A stretch of DNA of 64,000 nucleotides from Negaprion brevirostris (Eukaryota): contig JARDVH010000130.1 of NCBI GenBank assembly GCA_030324005.1, positions 33,468,734 to 33,532,733 on the forward strand, given 5' to 3'. Every line of letters begins with the position of its first letter. The first letter of the stretch is position 1. The translations under genes were made by a program, and so were the position numbers. The notes below the pieces were generated by a model, which searched no databases, was not told where the DNA came from, and saw only the letters and a list, made by a program, of their open reading frames with translations. Of this stretch, positions 12,861 to 26,960 are shown one piece after another.

Positions 12861-13584
12861 CTGCAAAAGAAAAATTAAGAGTTAAAGGTATACTACCTAC
12901 TGGCCAAATGGAGAAAGATGGAAACCCTTGCCACCTACTGGAGAAGGGTGTTTCAGCTTGGCTGCTTTTTCCTGCATCTAGCTCAGTGAAATAAATCCAA
13001 ATGTACGTGCCCTGACATGGTTGGGGGTGTGAAAGGGTGTGAAGGTTTGTGGAGGGTAGTCATCTTCAACAGACTGTCAGTCAGAGGATAAATATGGCAA
13101 CTTGACTGAATGCAGCACAGTCAATCATCCACTCAGTCGCGCTGAATTTCATTTGAAATTTTATTGAGTTTTTATATTCAAAGAGAATCTATTTTAAGGG
13201 TTAAAGCTCAGTGCAGAACACCACTTAAGTTGTAGAACAGTGCAATCAGGAACTTGTAATAATCAGGTGATGCTGTGCTTGGTTGCAGAAGGTCTGGGAA
13301 ATCGTGTTCAGCAGTTCCACAATTCTGTGGTTCTGAGTCAAAGCCTGAGACTGCATGATGAGCCTTGATTCTCTGGCGCTCACTTCCCATTTTCAGAAGC
13401 CTCAATATCTACCAATGTAACTGAGCCTAACTTTATCTTTCACTGCTTCCCTGGAGAAGTTCACTTTGGTAACAACTTGCATTTGTAAATGCCTTTAACT
13501 TAGTAAAAGGGTGCTTCATTGAAACGTTAACAAAAATCAACAATCATTTGACCAGATATTAGAATAGTTAAAGAGCTAAATTTA

Positions 13585-13855
13585 GGGCAGCATGATAGCA
13601 CAGTGGTTAACACTGCTGCTTCACAGTGTCAAGGACCTGGGTTCAACTGCTGGCTTGGGTCACTTTGTGTGTGGAGTTTGCACGTTCTCTGTGGGTTTCC
13701 TCCAGGTGCTTCAGTTTCCTCCCACAATCTGAACAAACTGCGGTTAGGTGTATTGACCTGAACAGGCGCCGGAGTGTGGTGACTAGGGAAATTTCACAAT
13801 AACTTCATTGCAGTGTTAATGGAAGCCTTACCTGTGACTAATAGACTTTACTTTA
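13585..13855 (+). mobile_element. V-SINE variant with alternative tail
   Basis: HE1-like head and V-domain, then gaacaggcgccggagtgtggtgactagggaaatttcac tail; same subfamily in reverse at 59390-59655 and 59750-59992. Confidence 0.8.
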
Positions 13856-14169
13856 AATTTTAAGGAGTGCTTTAAAGGAGATGGGTAGAGGGGCAGAGAT
13901 GTTTGGGGACAGGGAGCAATTCCAGAGTTTAGGGCCCATATATCTGAAGGCACAACTGCCAATCACGAAAGGAAAGGAATCAGGAGTATTACACAGCTAT
14001 TTAATCAATTCACTATCACCCATGCTCCACCCATCTCCTTCAGGAAAGGACTTCGCTGAGTATCTCCAACCTCCTGTCTGAACCAGCAATCAAGAGGACG
14101 AAGCCTCCTCCAAAGCCAATTCCTTCAGCACACAGCACAGCTTCCTTGTGGTACCGGGCTGCTATATCA

Positions 14170-14289
<120 letters not shown>

Positions 14290-14769
14290 CTACATGGGGA
14301 GATGAAACAGCAGAATGAGAAGGGTCAGCAACAAACACTGCACCCCCACACTAGACATACACAGCCCCAAGGCATGAACTTTCCATTTTCTTCATCAGGC
14401 TGTCCTTCAGTTGTCTATTATGGATCAAACAGTCTAGCCTCACTTCGATTTCCCACTGAAATTTTAATGTTTTGTACTTAAAGAAATATCATGCAAGTAA
14501 GCATATAGAATTAAAATCACTCCTCAAAAAGGGCCAAACTACTCACAACTACAATCCTGCCCTGACAGTGCTCATTAAAGATAGGAACTACTCTTTCATT
14601 TTCTATCTTTTAAAGTTTTAATTTCATTATTCTTTAATAGAACAAAAGAATCACATAGCTGATCTGGTTCAGGAGGCTGAGATTTATCAGAAAGGACTGA
14701 AGAAACTTGGGCTCTTCATGCTTGAAAGGTGGCAACTGAGAGCTGATTCTATACTTTATAATAGCGGGA

Positions 14770-15800
14770 AGTGACCTGGTGGGGTATCACAGTGGAAAAT
14801 CAGTGCTAGGAATTCAGCTATTCACAATATATATTAACGATTTAAATGCAGGAACTAAATGTAAAATCTTCAAAGTTGCTGATAACACAAGGTTAGGTGG
14901 GAGGGCGAGGCTGGATGGGAGGGCCAGCTGTGAGGAGGATGCAGAGATGCTTCAGCAAGATTTGGACAATTTGAGTGAATGGGCAAATGCATGGCAGGTA
15001 TAGTATAATGTGAATAAATGTGAGGTTATCCATTTTGTAGCAAAAAGAGAAAGGCAGAATCTGAATGGCTATAGATTGAGAGAGGGACACATGCAATGAG
15101 ATCTGGGTGTCTTTGTACACCAGTTGCTGAAAGTAAGCATGTAGTTGCAGCAGATGGTGAAGAAGGCAAATGATATGTTGGCCTTCATGGTCTGGTGATT
15201 TGAATACAGGAGTGGGGATGTCTTGCTGCAATTATATGGAGCCTTGGTGAGAGGCAAGGAATAATGTGTGTAACTTTGGTCTCATTATCTGAGGAAAGAT
15301 GTAGCTGCTATGGAGGGAGAGCAGCAAAGGTTTATCAGACAGATTCCTGGAAAGGTGGGACTGACATACACAGAGATACTTAATTGGTTCAGATTACATT
15401 CACTGGAGTTTAGAAGAATAAAGGGAAAATCTCAGAAAATTCTAACAAAACAAGGCACAGTAGATGCAGGAAGGATGTTCCTGATGGCGGACAAGCCCAA
15501 AACAAGGGATCACAATCTGATGATACGGGATAAACCATTTAGGACTGAGATGAGAAGAAATTTCTTCACCCAGAAAATGGTGAACCAATGGACTCTCTAC
15601 CACAGGAAGCAACGGAGGCCAAATTATTGCACGTTTTCAGGAGTTAGATATAGCACTTAGGGCTAAAAGGACCAAAGAATATGGAGGAAAGCAGGAGCAA
15701 GTTACAGAGTTAGATGATCAGCCACGATCATAATGAATGATGGAGCAGGTTCAAAAGGCTGAAAGGCCTACTCCTGCTCTTATTTTCTATGTTTCTATTA
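14770..15800 (+). mobile_element. CR1 LINE RT and 3' end (decayed)
   Basis: SVLGIQLFTIYINDL, KVADNTRLGG, LQQDLDNLSEWANAWQ, FRTEMRRNFFTQ; tail ttttctatgtttctat. Confidence 0.9.
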
Positions 15801-15959
15801 AGGTTTATAAAAGAACAGGTAAATCCAGAAACTGTGGGAAGAAGTCAAACTCAGGAATATTCAGAACTGATGCCAGGACATTCTTCACACAAACACTGAC
15901 GAGCACATCATGCAGCTGATAGGGTATGAAAATGGAGGCAAAAGCCCTGCAATGATAAC

Positions 15960-16345
15960 ACTTTGGATTAGTTACTAAGCTAGTATCCAGAGGCTGGGGC
16001 TAATACTCCAGAGAATGTAGGTTTAAACTTATATGGCAGCTTGAGAATTTGGAATCAGCATGGGAAACAAAATCATGAAATAAGAAGCTGATAACAGGAA
16101 CAATGTCAGCAAAGCTGTTGGGTTGCTGTAAAGCTCCCAACCACATCAGCAGTGTCCTTCAGTAATGGAAACTGGCCACTCTTACCCAGTCTGAATTACA
16201 TGTGACACCAGTCTCATACCAATGAAATGGGTCCTTAATTGCCCTCTGAAATGGCCCAGCAAGACGCTTAATTCAGGGCAATGGGGATGTGTTTTTAAAT
16301 GCTGATCTTGCCTACACTGACAACATCCCAAGGATTAATGCATAA
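15960..16345 (+). mobile_element. Deu-domain SINE (SacSINE1-like)
   Basis: ctagtatccagaggc head; gtccttcagtaatggaaactggccactcttacccagtctg Deu-like core; related copies near 4815-5060(-), 29230-29570(+), 30530-30900(-), 51740-52130(-). Confidence 0.6.
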
Positions 16346-19081
16346 AAGTGAAGAAATAGAAATTGCAATGTGATGATGGTGGGAGGCGGTGCAGGTGCTG
16401 GGAGAAGTCTAGGTGGAGGATTCTTTTCAGGTGCACAAGTGATGACATTCTACATGAACAACCTCATTTACATTTGTCCTGTGAGCATGTAAACATGGCA
16501 CGGGGCCTAACGTGCTCTACAGTACCTGAAATAACACAATAAGACCTCTGTGGCTTCAGTCTCTCACAGTCAACTCAACTGGTTGATTGTGCGGGTTTAG
16601 AAAATACAATATCCATCACTCACTTCCAAACTAATCACAGCTGGATTAAGGATATTTGGGGCCGTGGCAAATGATATTCAAATGATTAATTGTCTTGAAA
16701 TACAGTCCCCAGTGGTGACAAATACATTAGCTATTAAGCACACAACACAATCCCAAAAAAAATCTACAAGTTGAACCTCCAGCTCATTTATTTGGTGATA
16801 CCCGCTGAGGGGGGAACATGGGTTCAGCCTTTGATTAACTCTGCTGTGAAAAATGAGCAGGTCTGTGGGGGCAAATTTCTTGCTGCCTGCTAAATTGTCT
16901 TCTGGGGGAATACACAGTACACCAGATGCTGCTGGACATGTCACCTTGAAATAGACACCTGTGTATCCCCCACATGCACGCATGCAAATGAACTGGAATT
17001 ATCCTGATGTCACACAGCTTTATAGTAAATGATGCTCAGTGTCCAAATCTGGACCACACCTGTATGAATTTGTTTATCAATCTGGCTTTCAGCACCAAGA
17101 GGTGCCCAGCACAAGCATTATCTAAGGGACCAGGTACCCAGATTGCAGACAGGTGATTCCTTAAGAACTTCTGCCATTGCAAAGTTTCTCAAGGTACTGT
17201 GGGGGATTGCTGCTGGTATTATGTCTAGATGCTGGATTCTGCAGGTAGTGTTGCAGCATCCTGACTGAGAAGGCTGAAGGTTTGGAGACCTGAGTATACA
17301 AAGACCAACAGGTCTCGGGAATAGCAGCTACACTGCTACTGCAAGGTGACAGGAAAACGGAGCAGAGGCAGCTGAAAGGGCATTTCTGAAAAATGTATCC
17401 TGCCAAGATGGAGCCAGACCCCACAGATATACTCCTTGATGGTGACAGGAGCATGCATGGCAGTCAGGTATGACACTGTTCCAGCGCTGCTGAGTGCAAA
17501 GTAGCTGGCAGCATACACAGGCAACCAAAAGTGTAAAAAACACTACACCCAAGTGTAACATGTAAATGAAGTGGCAGCATCAAACTTGCGCATAAGTCAT
17601 GAATTGCAACTTCTCTCCCCACCAGCACCATGCCCAAAAAGCAAAAACAAAACAAAGCAATGTTTAGCCCTGTGTGATTGTGATCAATGTTTTGGTGATA
17701 AATCAGACTCCTAATCAAAAATCCACTGAAGGATTCTAAGCTGTCCTCAGCCTGTTTATTGCATTGTGCCACTTTATTAAGATTACAGCTTAGCTGGGTC
17801 TGTGCAAACTTAAAGGGAATGCTGGTCATAACATTCCCCCATCCCTGTGCTTTACATCACATTGTGCCAAGGTGCACTGTTCAACTGCACTTGATACTTC
17901 CACTGCAGGCAGCTAGTGGCACCAACCAGACACTGCAAAAGCATTAAGGATTGCACAATGGCCTAATCTGGTGGCATAAATATTGCTGGGAAATTCACCA
18001 GACATTAACCTAGCTGCAGGAACACCATACATTGCACAATATCACCCTCTAGTGTTGCATGTAAAATATGGCAGCAGCATCACATCCACACTTAATCTTT
18101 CAGCATATCACTGCATTGGTGTGGATTTGTTATTTATTGTCAAACCAAAGGCCACTGTAAAGGCTATAGTTGAGGCACAGCATTATACTAGCTGGGACAC
18201 CCAAGGAGACTAGAAGCTATTAAGTTCTGTAGATTTGACGCACATTGACTGTAAAGGAAAACCAGTGTCCATGAGTCTACATTCCATCTTCAGGCACAGT
18301 GAAGGTAGTAAGTTGAAGTGTACAGTTAACTGCAAAGGGATCCCTCTCATTTCAGGAATAATCCCCACCTGTGACAACAGACCTAAAGAATCAAAAGAGA
18401 CAATGCTACACCATTGCTTTGAAGCAGCTAATGATGCAACCACATTCTCCTGAAAAGCAGAACACAGCTATTGCTCAACACAAGGACATTGAGTGAGCTG
18501 CCAATTTTCAGAGTTGAGGAGGAAATGACAGAGATAAGATGCTTTAGCACAGGAAGGAAATAAATGGAACGNNNNNNNNNNNNNNNNNNNNNNNNNNNNN
18601 NNNNNNNNNNNNNNNNNNNNNNNNNNNNNNNNNNNNNNNNNNNNNNNNNNNNNNNNNNNNNNNNNNNNNNNNNNNNNNNNNNNNNNNNNNNNNNNNNNNN
18701 NNNNNNNNNNNNNNNNNNNNNNNNNNNNNNNNNNNNNNNNNNNNNNNNNNNNNNNNNNNNNNNNNNNNNNNNNNNNNNNNNNNNNNNNNNNNNNNNNNNN
18801 NNNNNNNNNNNNNNNNNNNNNNNNNNNNNNNNNNNNNNNNNNNNNNNNNNNNNNNNNNNNNNNNNNNNNNNNNNNNNNNNNNNNNNNNNNNNNNNNNNNN
18901 NNNNNNNNNNNNNNNNNNNNNNNNNNNNNNNNNNNNNNNNNNNNNNNNNNNNNNNNNNNNNNNNNNNNNNNNNNNNNNNNNNNNNNNNNNNNNNNNNNNN
19001 NNNNNNNNNNNNNNNNNNNNNNNNNNNNNNNNNNNNNNNNNNNNNNNNNNNNNNNNNNNNNNNNNNNNNNNNNNNNNNNNN

Positions 19082-19435
<354 letters not shown>

Positions 19436-20870
19436 TCATAACTTTGCAGAGTGCTTCACAGTTTGTGAATTACATTTTTCTTTTGAGTGTGTTCACTACT
19501 GTCATTTAGAAAGCCAGCGCCAGGAGTCATTCACACACAGCACGCTCCCACACACTAACATAAGATGAATAGGTAACTCTATTTCCTTTGTGACGTTGAT
19601 TGAGGGATAAATATTAGCCCAAGACAACAGTGGTGACTCCCCTGCACTTCCTCAAAATCTTTTATATCCACCTGAGGTACCAGAGGGGGCTTTATTTGAA
19701 CTTTCTCCGAAAGACTGGGACCTCTAACTCCTCGGCAATGTACTGGAGTGTTAGCCTTGATGTTTATGCTTATGTCTCTGACCTGGGATTGAAGCCACAG
19801 CTTTCTGACTCAATGAAAGAAGAGCTAATAACTGAGTCACAAGAATGTGGAACAGCACTGCAGGCTGACCAACACCAGAGACCCTTGTTTAAAACACTGC
19901 CCTTTTGATCTTGTGCTCTCCAACCTATTCAATTACGTAGTTAATCTTGTAAAGTATAATTTTTGATTCTGAAAACAGGCAAGCACATTGTCTGTTTCAG
20001 TTTCAACCTCTATTTTTCATTAATAGAATTGAAGGATGACTATTCAAATCAACTTCTTGTCGGAGAATTTCATTCTGAGGTAAGGAATGTTAGTGCTGAG
20101 CAATAGAATATTTTACATTCTGGACACCCAGTGTCATGGGTCAAACACAGCACATCATTATACAGGAAGAAAAACAAAGTTATTTCTACATTATTACATC
20201 TCATTCTAGAATCTCTAAAGTTACACATTATTGCTGAATTAGAGGCACTAAGGTGCTATCTGAAAATGTCCACTCAGAACTGGATTTAGAATGTTCACAC
20301 ATTTGGGACTCTTAAAACTGTAGCCTAATGATTATGGCACATGACTGGCATCCCACAGATCACGAGTTCAGATCCCACCATAGCAAATTAAGTTAAATTT
20401 AATAAACTAGTAATTTGTGAAGAATGTGGGATCTGGTGAGAAGGTGGGGATGGGGAAAATGTAGAAGCTGGCTAGGTCAGGTTGCAAAAAAAGGTGGGGC
20501 TAGATTTAGTCAAATGAAAGACTGGGCTTGATGGGCCTGATGATCAGAAAAATTACCATGAAAGCTGGCAGGCTGTTGTAAAAATAAAACTGGATCACTA
20601 ATGTTTTTCAGAAAAGTGAATTTTTCACACTTCAAACCATAAAATCGCTAGAGTGCAGCAAGAGGCCATTTGGCCCATCGACTCTGAAAAGAGTGCATTT
20701 GCAGAACATGCAACTCCACATAGTCACCCAAGGTTGGAATTGAACCCGGGACTCTGGAGTTGAGAGGCAGCAGTGCTAATCACTGTGCCATCATGTTGCC
20801 CTTATTTGGTTTGACCTTCTCAAACGCTAGTGCCATTGTATGTGGCACTCTGAATGCCCCCGTAAGTGTA

Positions 20871-20957
20871 CAGTAAGAAGTTTCACAACACCAGGTTAAA
20901 GTCCAACAGGTTTATCTGGAATCATGAGCTTTCGGAGCGCTGCTCCTTCATCAGGTA
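20871..20957 (-). mobile_element. Penelope-like terminal repeat fragment carrying a minimal hammerhead ribozyme motif
   Basis: Minus strand CTGATGA-A-GGAGC-AGC-GCTCC-GAAA-GCTC...AAACCTGTTGGACTTTAACCTGGTGTTGTG; flanked by direct repeat GTAAGTGTA (20862-20870, 20955-20963). Confidence 0.65.
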
Positions 20958-23300
20958 AGTGTAAGCAAGGGAATTAGGGATGGACAATATGGCCTTTCTA
21001 GCACCATCCATATCCCAAGAACAAATAAAATGGAATGAATGCAGAGTCATCAAACCAGAAAGTCTGAGCTGGATTGAAGCCAGGATTCAGAAAAAGGGCA
21101 CCACCTCCCAACTGCTGATGGTCAGTGCCTCTGCATGGCTGTATACTGGAAGCTCAGAAAAGACTAGAGTGCAGGTGAATGGATAAATAATTGAAGGGAT
21201 GAACCCACATTGCAGCACTCTATGGAAATGTGTACTAGTGGTTCAGCAATGTTGGCAAACTGCCACACAATCTGTGCATTCTTCCAAAAGACCAACTGGC
21301 CTTCCCTGACAGCTTAGCGAGTTTATTCAACAAGCACAGGAGCCACTCAGACAGAAAGGCTGGCCCACATTGAGTTAGCCAATCTCCATTATAGCTTATA
21401 ACATCCACACATATAACATGGTTTTGAGTAAGGAGTGTGGGAAAGTCAAACTCTTGCCCCAGGCTGGCATTATGTTTCTATACATGCCATCAGCTACAGC
21501 CAACTTTCTGAAAAAGATGGTGACTGAACTGGGTAACACAGCTCTCTCCTAGTTCTTCTGTCTTTTGTGCTAGGATGGGTTAATGGAAGTCTGGAGCTCT
21601 CTCCCCAAAAGACTGTCGAGAATAGGGGAAACAATTGAAAATGTCAAAATTGAGGTTTTGTTGGGTTAGGATTTTAAGCCCAAGACAGATAGAATGAGCT
21701 AAAATGTACATCAGGTATGATCCAATTGAATAGTGGATCAGGTTCCATCGCTTCATATCAGAAACACAAAATTCTTTGCATAATAACAATGAATGGTAGA
21801 ACGCAGAGGTCTAAACCCTTCAGTGGGCTACCCAGAGTACAGTCAGGACATGGAGGAGCAAACTTGGGCTTGCAGAGCCCTTTCCTGCTTAATGTATACA
21901 CACATTCCAGCTTGTGGCAGGAAAGGGTAATACCTTAACTTAATATGCTATCCTATAAATGAATGTACCTAGGATCACTTCATACAATGAATTATTTTAG
22001 TATGACTTCTGTTGAGCAAATCAATGCAAATTGACAAAGAGCAACAAGATGAGTGATCAGCTAACCAATGTTTGGAAGTGTGGATGACGGTTGACCAGGG
22101 TGTGACAGGCCTATTACTTTTTAAATAATACGACGAGATCTTTCACACCCATCTGAACCAACTAACAAGTAGACAGGGGTCCTTGTTCGACATCTCATCG
22201 ATGCCCAACAACTTCAGCAATGCAGCACTCCCGAGTTGCATAATGCATTCAGCCGGGATACCTACTCAAGCCCTGAATCGGGGCTTTAACCTGTAACGAT
22301 GTGACTTAACTGGGCCAAGTTGTTGAACAGCGTAAGAACTGTGCAATGTGGGCTCACATGTATATCACATATTACTGATCTGAAACATGAGAGAAGGAGC
22401 TCAACTGAAAACAAAAGAAATGCAATGGTGGCTCACCTCCCCCCCACAAAGGGTGCAAAAGGGGGCGAAAGAAGAACAGCTCAGAGTCCATGTACTAAGT
22501 CTGGATTCATCCATTGAAAGACAGCCAGTGATAATATAACGGTCAGTGTCTTCAAGAAAGGAAGGGATAGTACAGCCACTTTTTTAAAAATTAATTCTCT
22601 GGATATGGGCACCATTGGTATGGCTGACACTAATTGCCCATCTGCAGTTTACCTTGAGATGGTGATGGTGAGCTTTCTATTTAAACCAATGTAGTCTGAC
22701 TGACAAAGGTCCTCACACAGTACTGCTAGCTAGGGAGCTCTAGGATTTTAACCCAGAGGCAATGAATGAGCAGCCAATATATGTTCAAGTCAGGACGGTG
22801 GGTGACTTGGAAGTGATATCTTTCCAATATTGCTGCTGCTTCTGTCCTGTACGATGGAAAAGATTGCTTATTTGGGAGGTGCTGCCAGAGAAGCCTTCAC
22901 AAGTTGAAGTGCATCACTGCAGAAAGTAGACATTCTGGAGCCACAATGTGCCAGTGGTGGAGAGAGTGGATGTTTAAATTCCAAAGGCTGTCACTCTTCA
23001 CCTATAGCTGTCTGAACTGCTATTTCATTTGTATCTGGGACTAGAGTCTCAGGCCACCAGACACTGATTAAACCAAGATTCAATAAAGGGATGGACTGAG
23101 AAGGACAAAATACTGGAACGGATGTGTCAAACCACGGAGCCCATAATTCCAAAGGAGCCAATTACACGATGGGATTGGGTTGGAAGGTGAAGGGCCAGTG
23201 GTTTAAATGTAGTAAGTCAAACAAACCAAAAGCAGATCCCATACCCATAAAAAACTCATCCATCAGTAACATAGCCTCTGTCTTTCTGACACATTCTTCA

Positions 23301-23417
<117 letters not shown>

Positions 23418-23479
23418 CTATACAATGCTAAATACAGAAAGGAAAAGAAAACATGATACAGAGGGAAATTTAGTAACAG

Positions 23480-24120
23480 TATCCATACAAAATCAAAATT
23501 AGGAGATGGCCAATTGGTTCTTCGAACCTACTCTACTATTCTACAAGCTTATGGCTAATCTGATTTTAATCTCAACTCCACTCCTGACTACACTGATAAC
23601 CTTTCGCCCTCTTGCTTATCAAGATCTACCGATCTTTGTCTTTAAAATGTTGAAAGGCTCTGCTTCGACTGCCTTTTGAAGATGAATTCCAAAACTCATA
23701 TCCCACAGAGAGAAAATAATTTTCCTCAACAATGTTTAAATGGGGGGCCATTTATTTTTAAACAGTGACCCCAGGTTCTACATTCTCCCACAAGAGGAAA
23801 CATCCTCTTCATATCCACCCTTATATAGGACCTTATGTATTTCAATCAAGCTGCCTTTTACTCTTCTGAACTCCAACAGATACATGCTTAGCCTGTCCAT
23901 CCGCTCCTCACAAGACAACCAGCATTCCGGGTATTAGTCTGGAAGCCCTCCTTTGAAGTGTTTCTAATATATTTACATCCTTCCTTAAATAAGGAGACGA
24001 ATACCGTACACAGTATTCCACGCGTGATCTCACCAATGCTCTGCTTAACTCAAGCATAACCTCCTTACTCCTGTATTCAATTTCCCTTCAATAAATATTA
24101 ACATTCTTTTAGATTTGCTG
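23480..24120 (-). mobile_element. CR1 LINE 3' fragment
   Basis: Reverse complement of the CR1 3' end seen at 15200-15800. Confidence 0.75.
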
Positions 24121-24507
24121 GGAGTTCACTTTCAAACTTCAACATTCTTCCATAATGTTCACTGACCCACCACTCTCACTTCTGACTTGGTGTGACCCTA
24201 TTCATGGTCTGTGCTCAAACTGTCTTCTCACACCGAGTTAACATGATCGAGCACAGATGGTAATGATCACAAAAAGGCAGAATCATCAAACTGACCTGTG
24301 AGAAGGTCAGGTCAATTAGACATGTGACACTTTACCTCAATGAGCACTCACATTGTTTACACCAACTGGTCACCTCTCTATCTCTTGCTTCTTCCTAAAA
24401 CACATTTTCAACTTTTGAGCATTTAGTCACTTGCCCTAGCATCTCCTTATGTGGTTGAGATCTAGATTTTTGTCTGAATTGATCCACTGAAAGAGTCTTC
24501 AGACACA

Positions 24508-25643
24508 TGTTATAATCCCAGCTGATGTTACTATGGGGCAGTCAGGTCCCAGAGCAGAAACCTAGCTCGATAGATTGCAAATTCTGTTTTTTTGTTAAGA
24601 GACATGGATGAAAAGTCGCAGGACTATCAATCAACTTTTAACAAAATAATAAAACCTTTATTAAATGAAAAGATTAACTATAATACACTACTCCATCACT
24701 TCGGTTATACCTTTTCAGATACATACAGATTTATAAGGATATGTTCTTAGTAAGGACACAGTCCATGTAAACCAAAAGGCAAAATGTGGTCAGACACACC
24801 TCTGAAACAAAGTAACAGATGCCACCCAATACAACTTCTATGGATTTCTCATCAAATCCCCCCAGATCCTTGTCACACAGTCAGCTAGTCTCACTGGACT
24901 TCCGGCTTTCAACACAAGTGTTCCTAAATTCCATTCTCTTAGAACATGTCTGGAATATTTCCCTAAATAATGTTTTCACTCAATGCCTTCACCAAGGATC
25001 CATCCCCAGGTTTTCAGCCTCTCTTTTCAGCATTCCTCACCTTGGATTGCCACATGCATTCAAGCTTCCACACAATCTCTCAGGTACCCAGCCATGCCAA
25101 CAGAACAACACTATTTCAAAGCCTGTATTAAGCTGTTAGTAACCTGAGGACAACGTTGGATGTCTGGCATCTTGCAGCCCTGTCTTTAACTGGGAGCTGC
25201 TCTCTGCCTTTTCTCTAACTTCAGTGAACAGCACCATGTTTGGTTTCAGTTTATTTTAACTTCAGTCTTCCCAGGACTCCTCTTTCCATTCCCTGGTTTC
25301 TGGACATTCTAGTCTTAACTCTGAGACTTGCATTCTACCTTAACTTTATTGTCTTGCCTTTACCGGCAACTTCTGCTCTTCTTCTGGATGGATTACCTGT
25401 TTCAGGCCTCTGGCTGCTAAGCAACCACATTTTTTTTAAAAAAGGCCTGTAATTGCTCTTGCATCATAAAACTTAAAATACAATGCTTGCAAAATGAAAG
25501 AAACCAAACTATAGATTTGGAGATACCCCCATCAAACATGAAGCCAAACTGAAGTTTTAACCTTTCTTAGCACAAATACAGAAACGCAAAAATTAAACTT
25601 AAACTTATTATTAATACATAAAACACATTTCTATCGCCTAACA
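24508..25643. mobile_element. Solo LTR (about 1.14 kb)
   Basis: Termini TGTTA...TAACA; 4-bp TSD CACA (24504-24507, 25644-25647). Confidence 0.7.
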
Positions 25644-25659
25644 CACATTATAGAAATGC

Positions 25660-26960
25660 AGGCTTGTCAGAGTCATACAGCACAGAAACAGGCCCTTTGG
25701 CCCACCATGTCTATGCTGATTATCAAATGCCAATCTATACTTATCCCACTTATCAGCATTCAGTCCATAGCCTACTATGCTTGGCAATTTAGTGCTCGAT
25801 CAGATGCTTCTTAAATTCTGCAAAAGTACCTGCCTCGACCACAGTCTCAGACAGCATGTTCTATACTTCCACCACTCTTTGAGTAAAAGGGTTTTTCCTC
25901 AGATCTCCTCTAAACCACTTACACCTCACAGACACTGCTATATTATGCCTCTCATAATTTTGTAAACTTCTATCAGATTTCTCTCAGCCTCCTCTGCTTC
26001 AGGGAAAACATACCCAGCCTATCCAGTCTCTCCTAATAGCTGAAACATTCCATCCCAGGCAACATTCTAGTGAATTTCCTCTGCACCTTCTCCAGTGCAA
26101 TCACATCCTCCCGAAAGTGTGGCAACCAGAACTGCACACAATATTCCATCTGTGGCCTAACTAATGTTTTATAAAGTTGTACCAAGACCTCCCTAATCCT
26201 ATGTTCTATGCCCCTAATGAAGGCAAGTATTCGTATGCCTTTTTCACCAGTCTATCCACCTGAGTTATAACCTTCAGAAATCTATGGACTTGTATCCCCA
26301 CATTCTCTTTGTTCCTCAATACTCCCTGGGAACTTGCTGTTCATTGTGTATATCCTACCCTAAGCAGGCCTCCCAAAATGCATCACATCACACTTATCAG
26401 GATTGACTTTCATCTGCCATTGCTCTGCCCAACTTACCAGCTGATCAATATCTGTCTGTAGCCTCAGACTAATTCCCCATTATCAACACCACCACCAATT
26501 TTCATGTCATTTGCAAACTTACTAATTATACTTCTATATTTACATCCAAATTGTTAATATACATAACAAATAGTAAGGATTCCAGCACTAAGCCCTGTGC
26601 TGCTCCGCTGATCACAGGCTTCCAATCACAAAACCAACCCTCCACCAACACCCTTTGCCTCCTATTAACAAGCTAATTTTGGATCCAATTTGACAATTTG
26701 CCTTGGATCCCATGGGCTCTAATCCCATAAAGACCAGCCTTCCATGGTCTCATTGTCAAAGGCTTTATTGAGGTCTATGTAAATCACATCAATTACGCTA
26801 CCCCCATCAATGTATTTTAGTTACCTTCTCAAAAAGCTCAATTAGCTAGTTAACCAGAATCTCCCACCAACAAACCCGTACTGACTACATCTGATCAATC
26901 CCTACCTTTCCAGATGTTGGTTAATCCTGATCCTTAGAACATTTTTCAATAATTTCTCTA
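25660..26960 (-). mobile_element. CR1 LINE RT and 3' end (decayed)
   Basis: Reverse reads ...DLNKAFDN..., SKFANDMKIGGVV, QMKVNPDKCDVMHFG; tail agagtcatacagcacagaaacaggccc. Confidence 0.85.

Noticed and set aside
13355-13424. C/D box snoRNA-like spacing (ATGATGA ... CTGA) on the plus strand
   Set aside because: Antisense to the host gene, no convincing terminal stem and no recognisable rRNA guide; likely chance.
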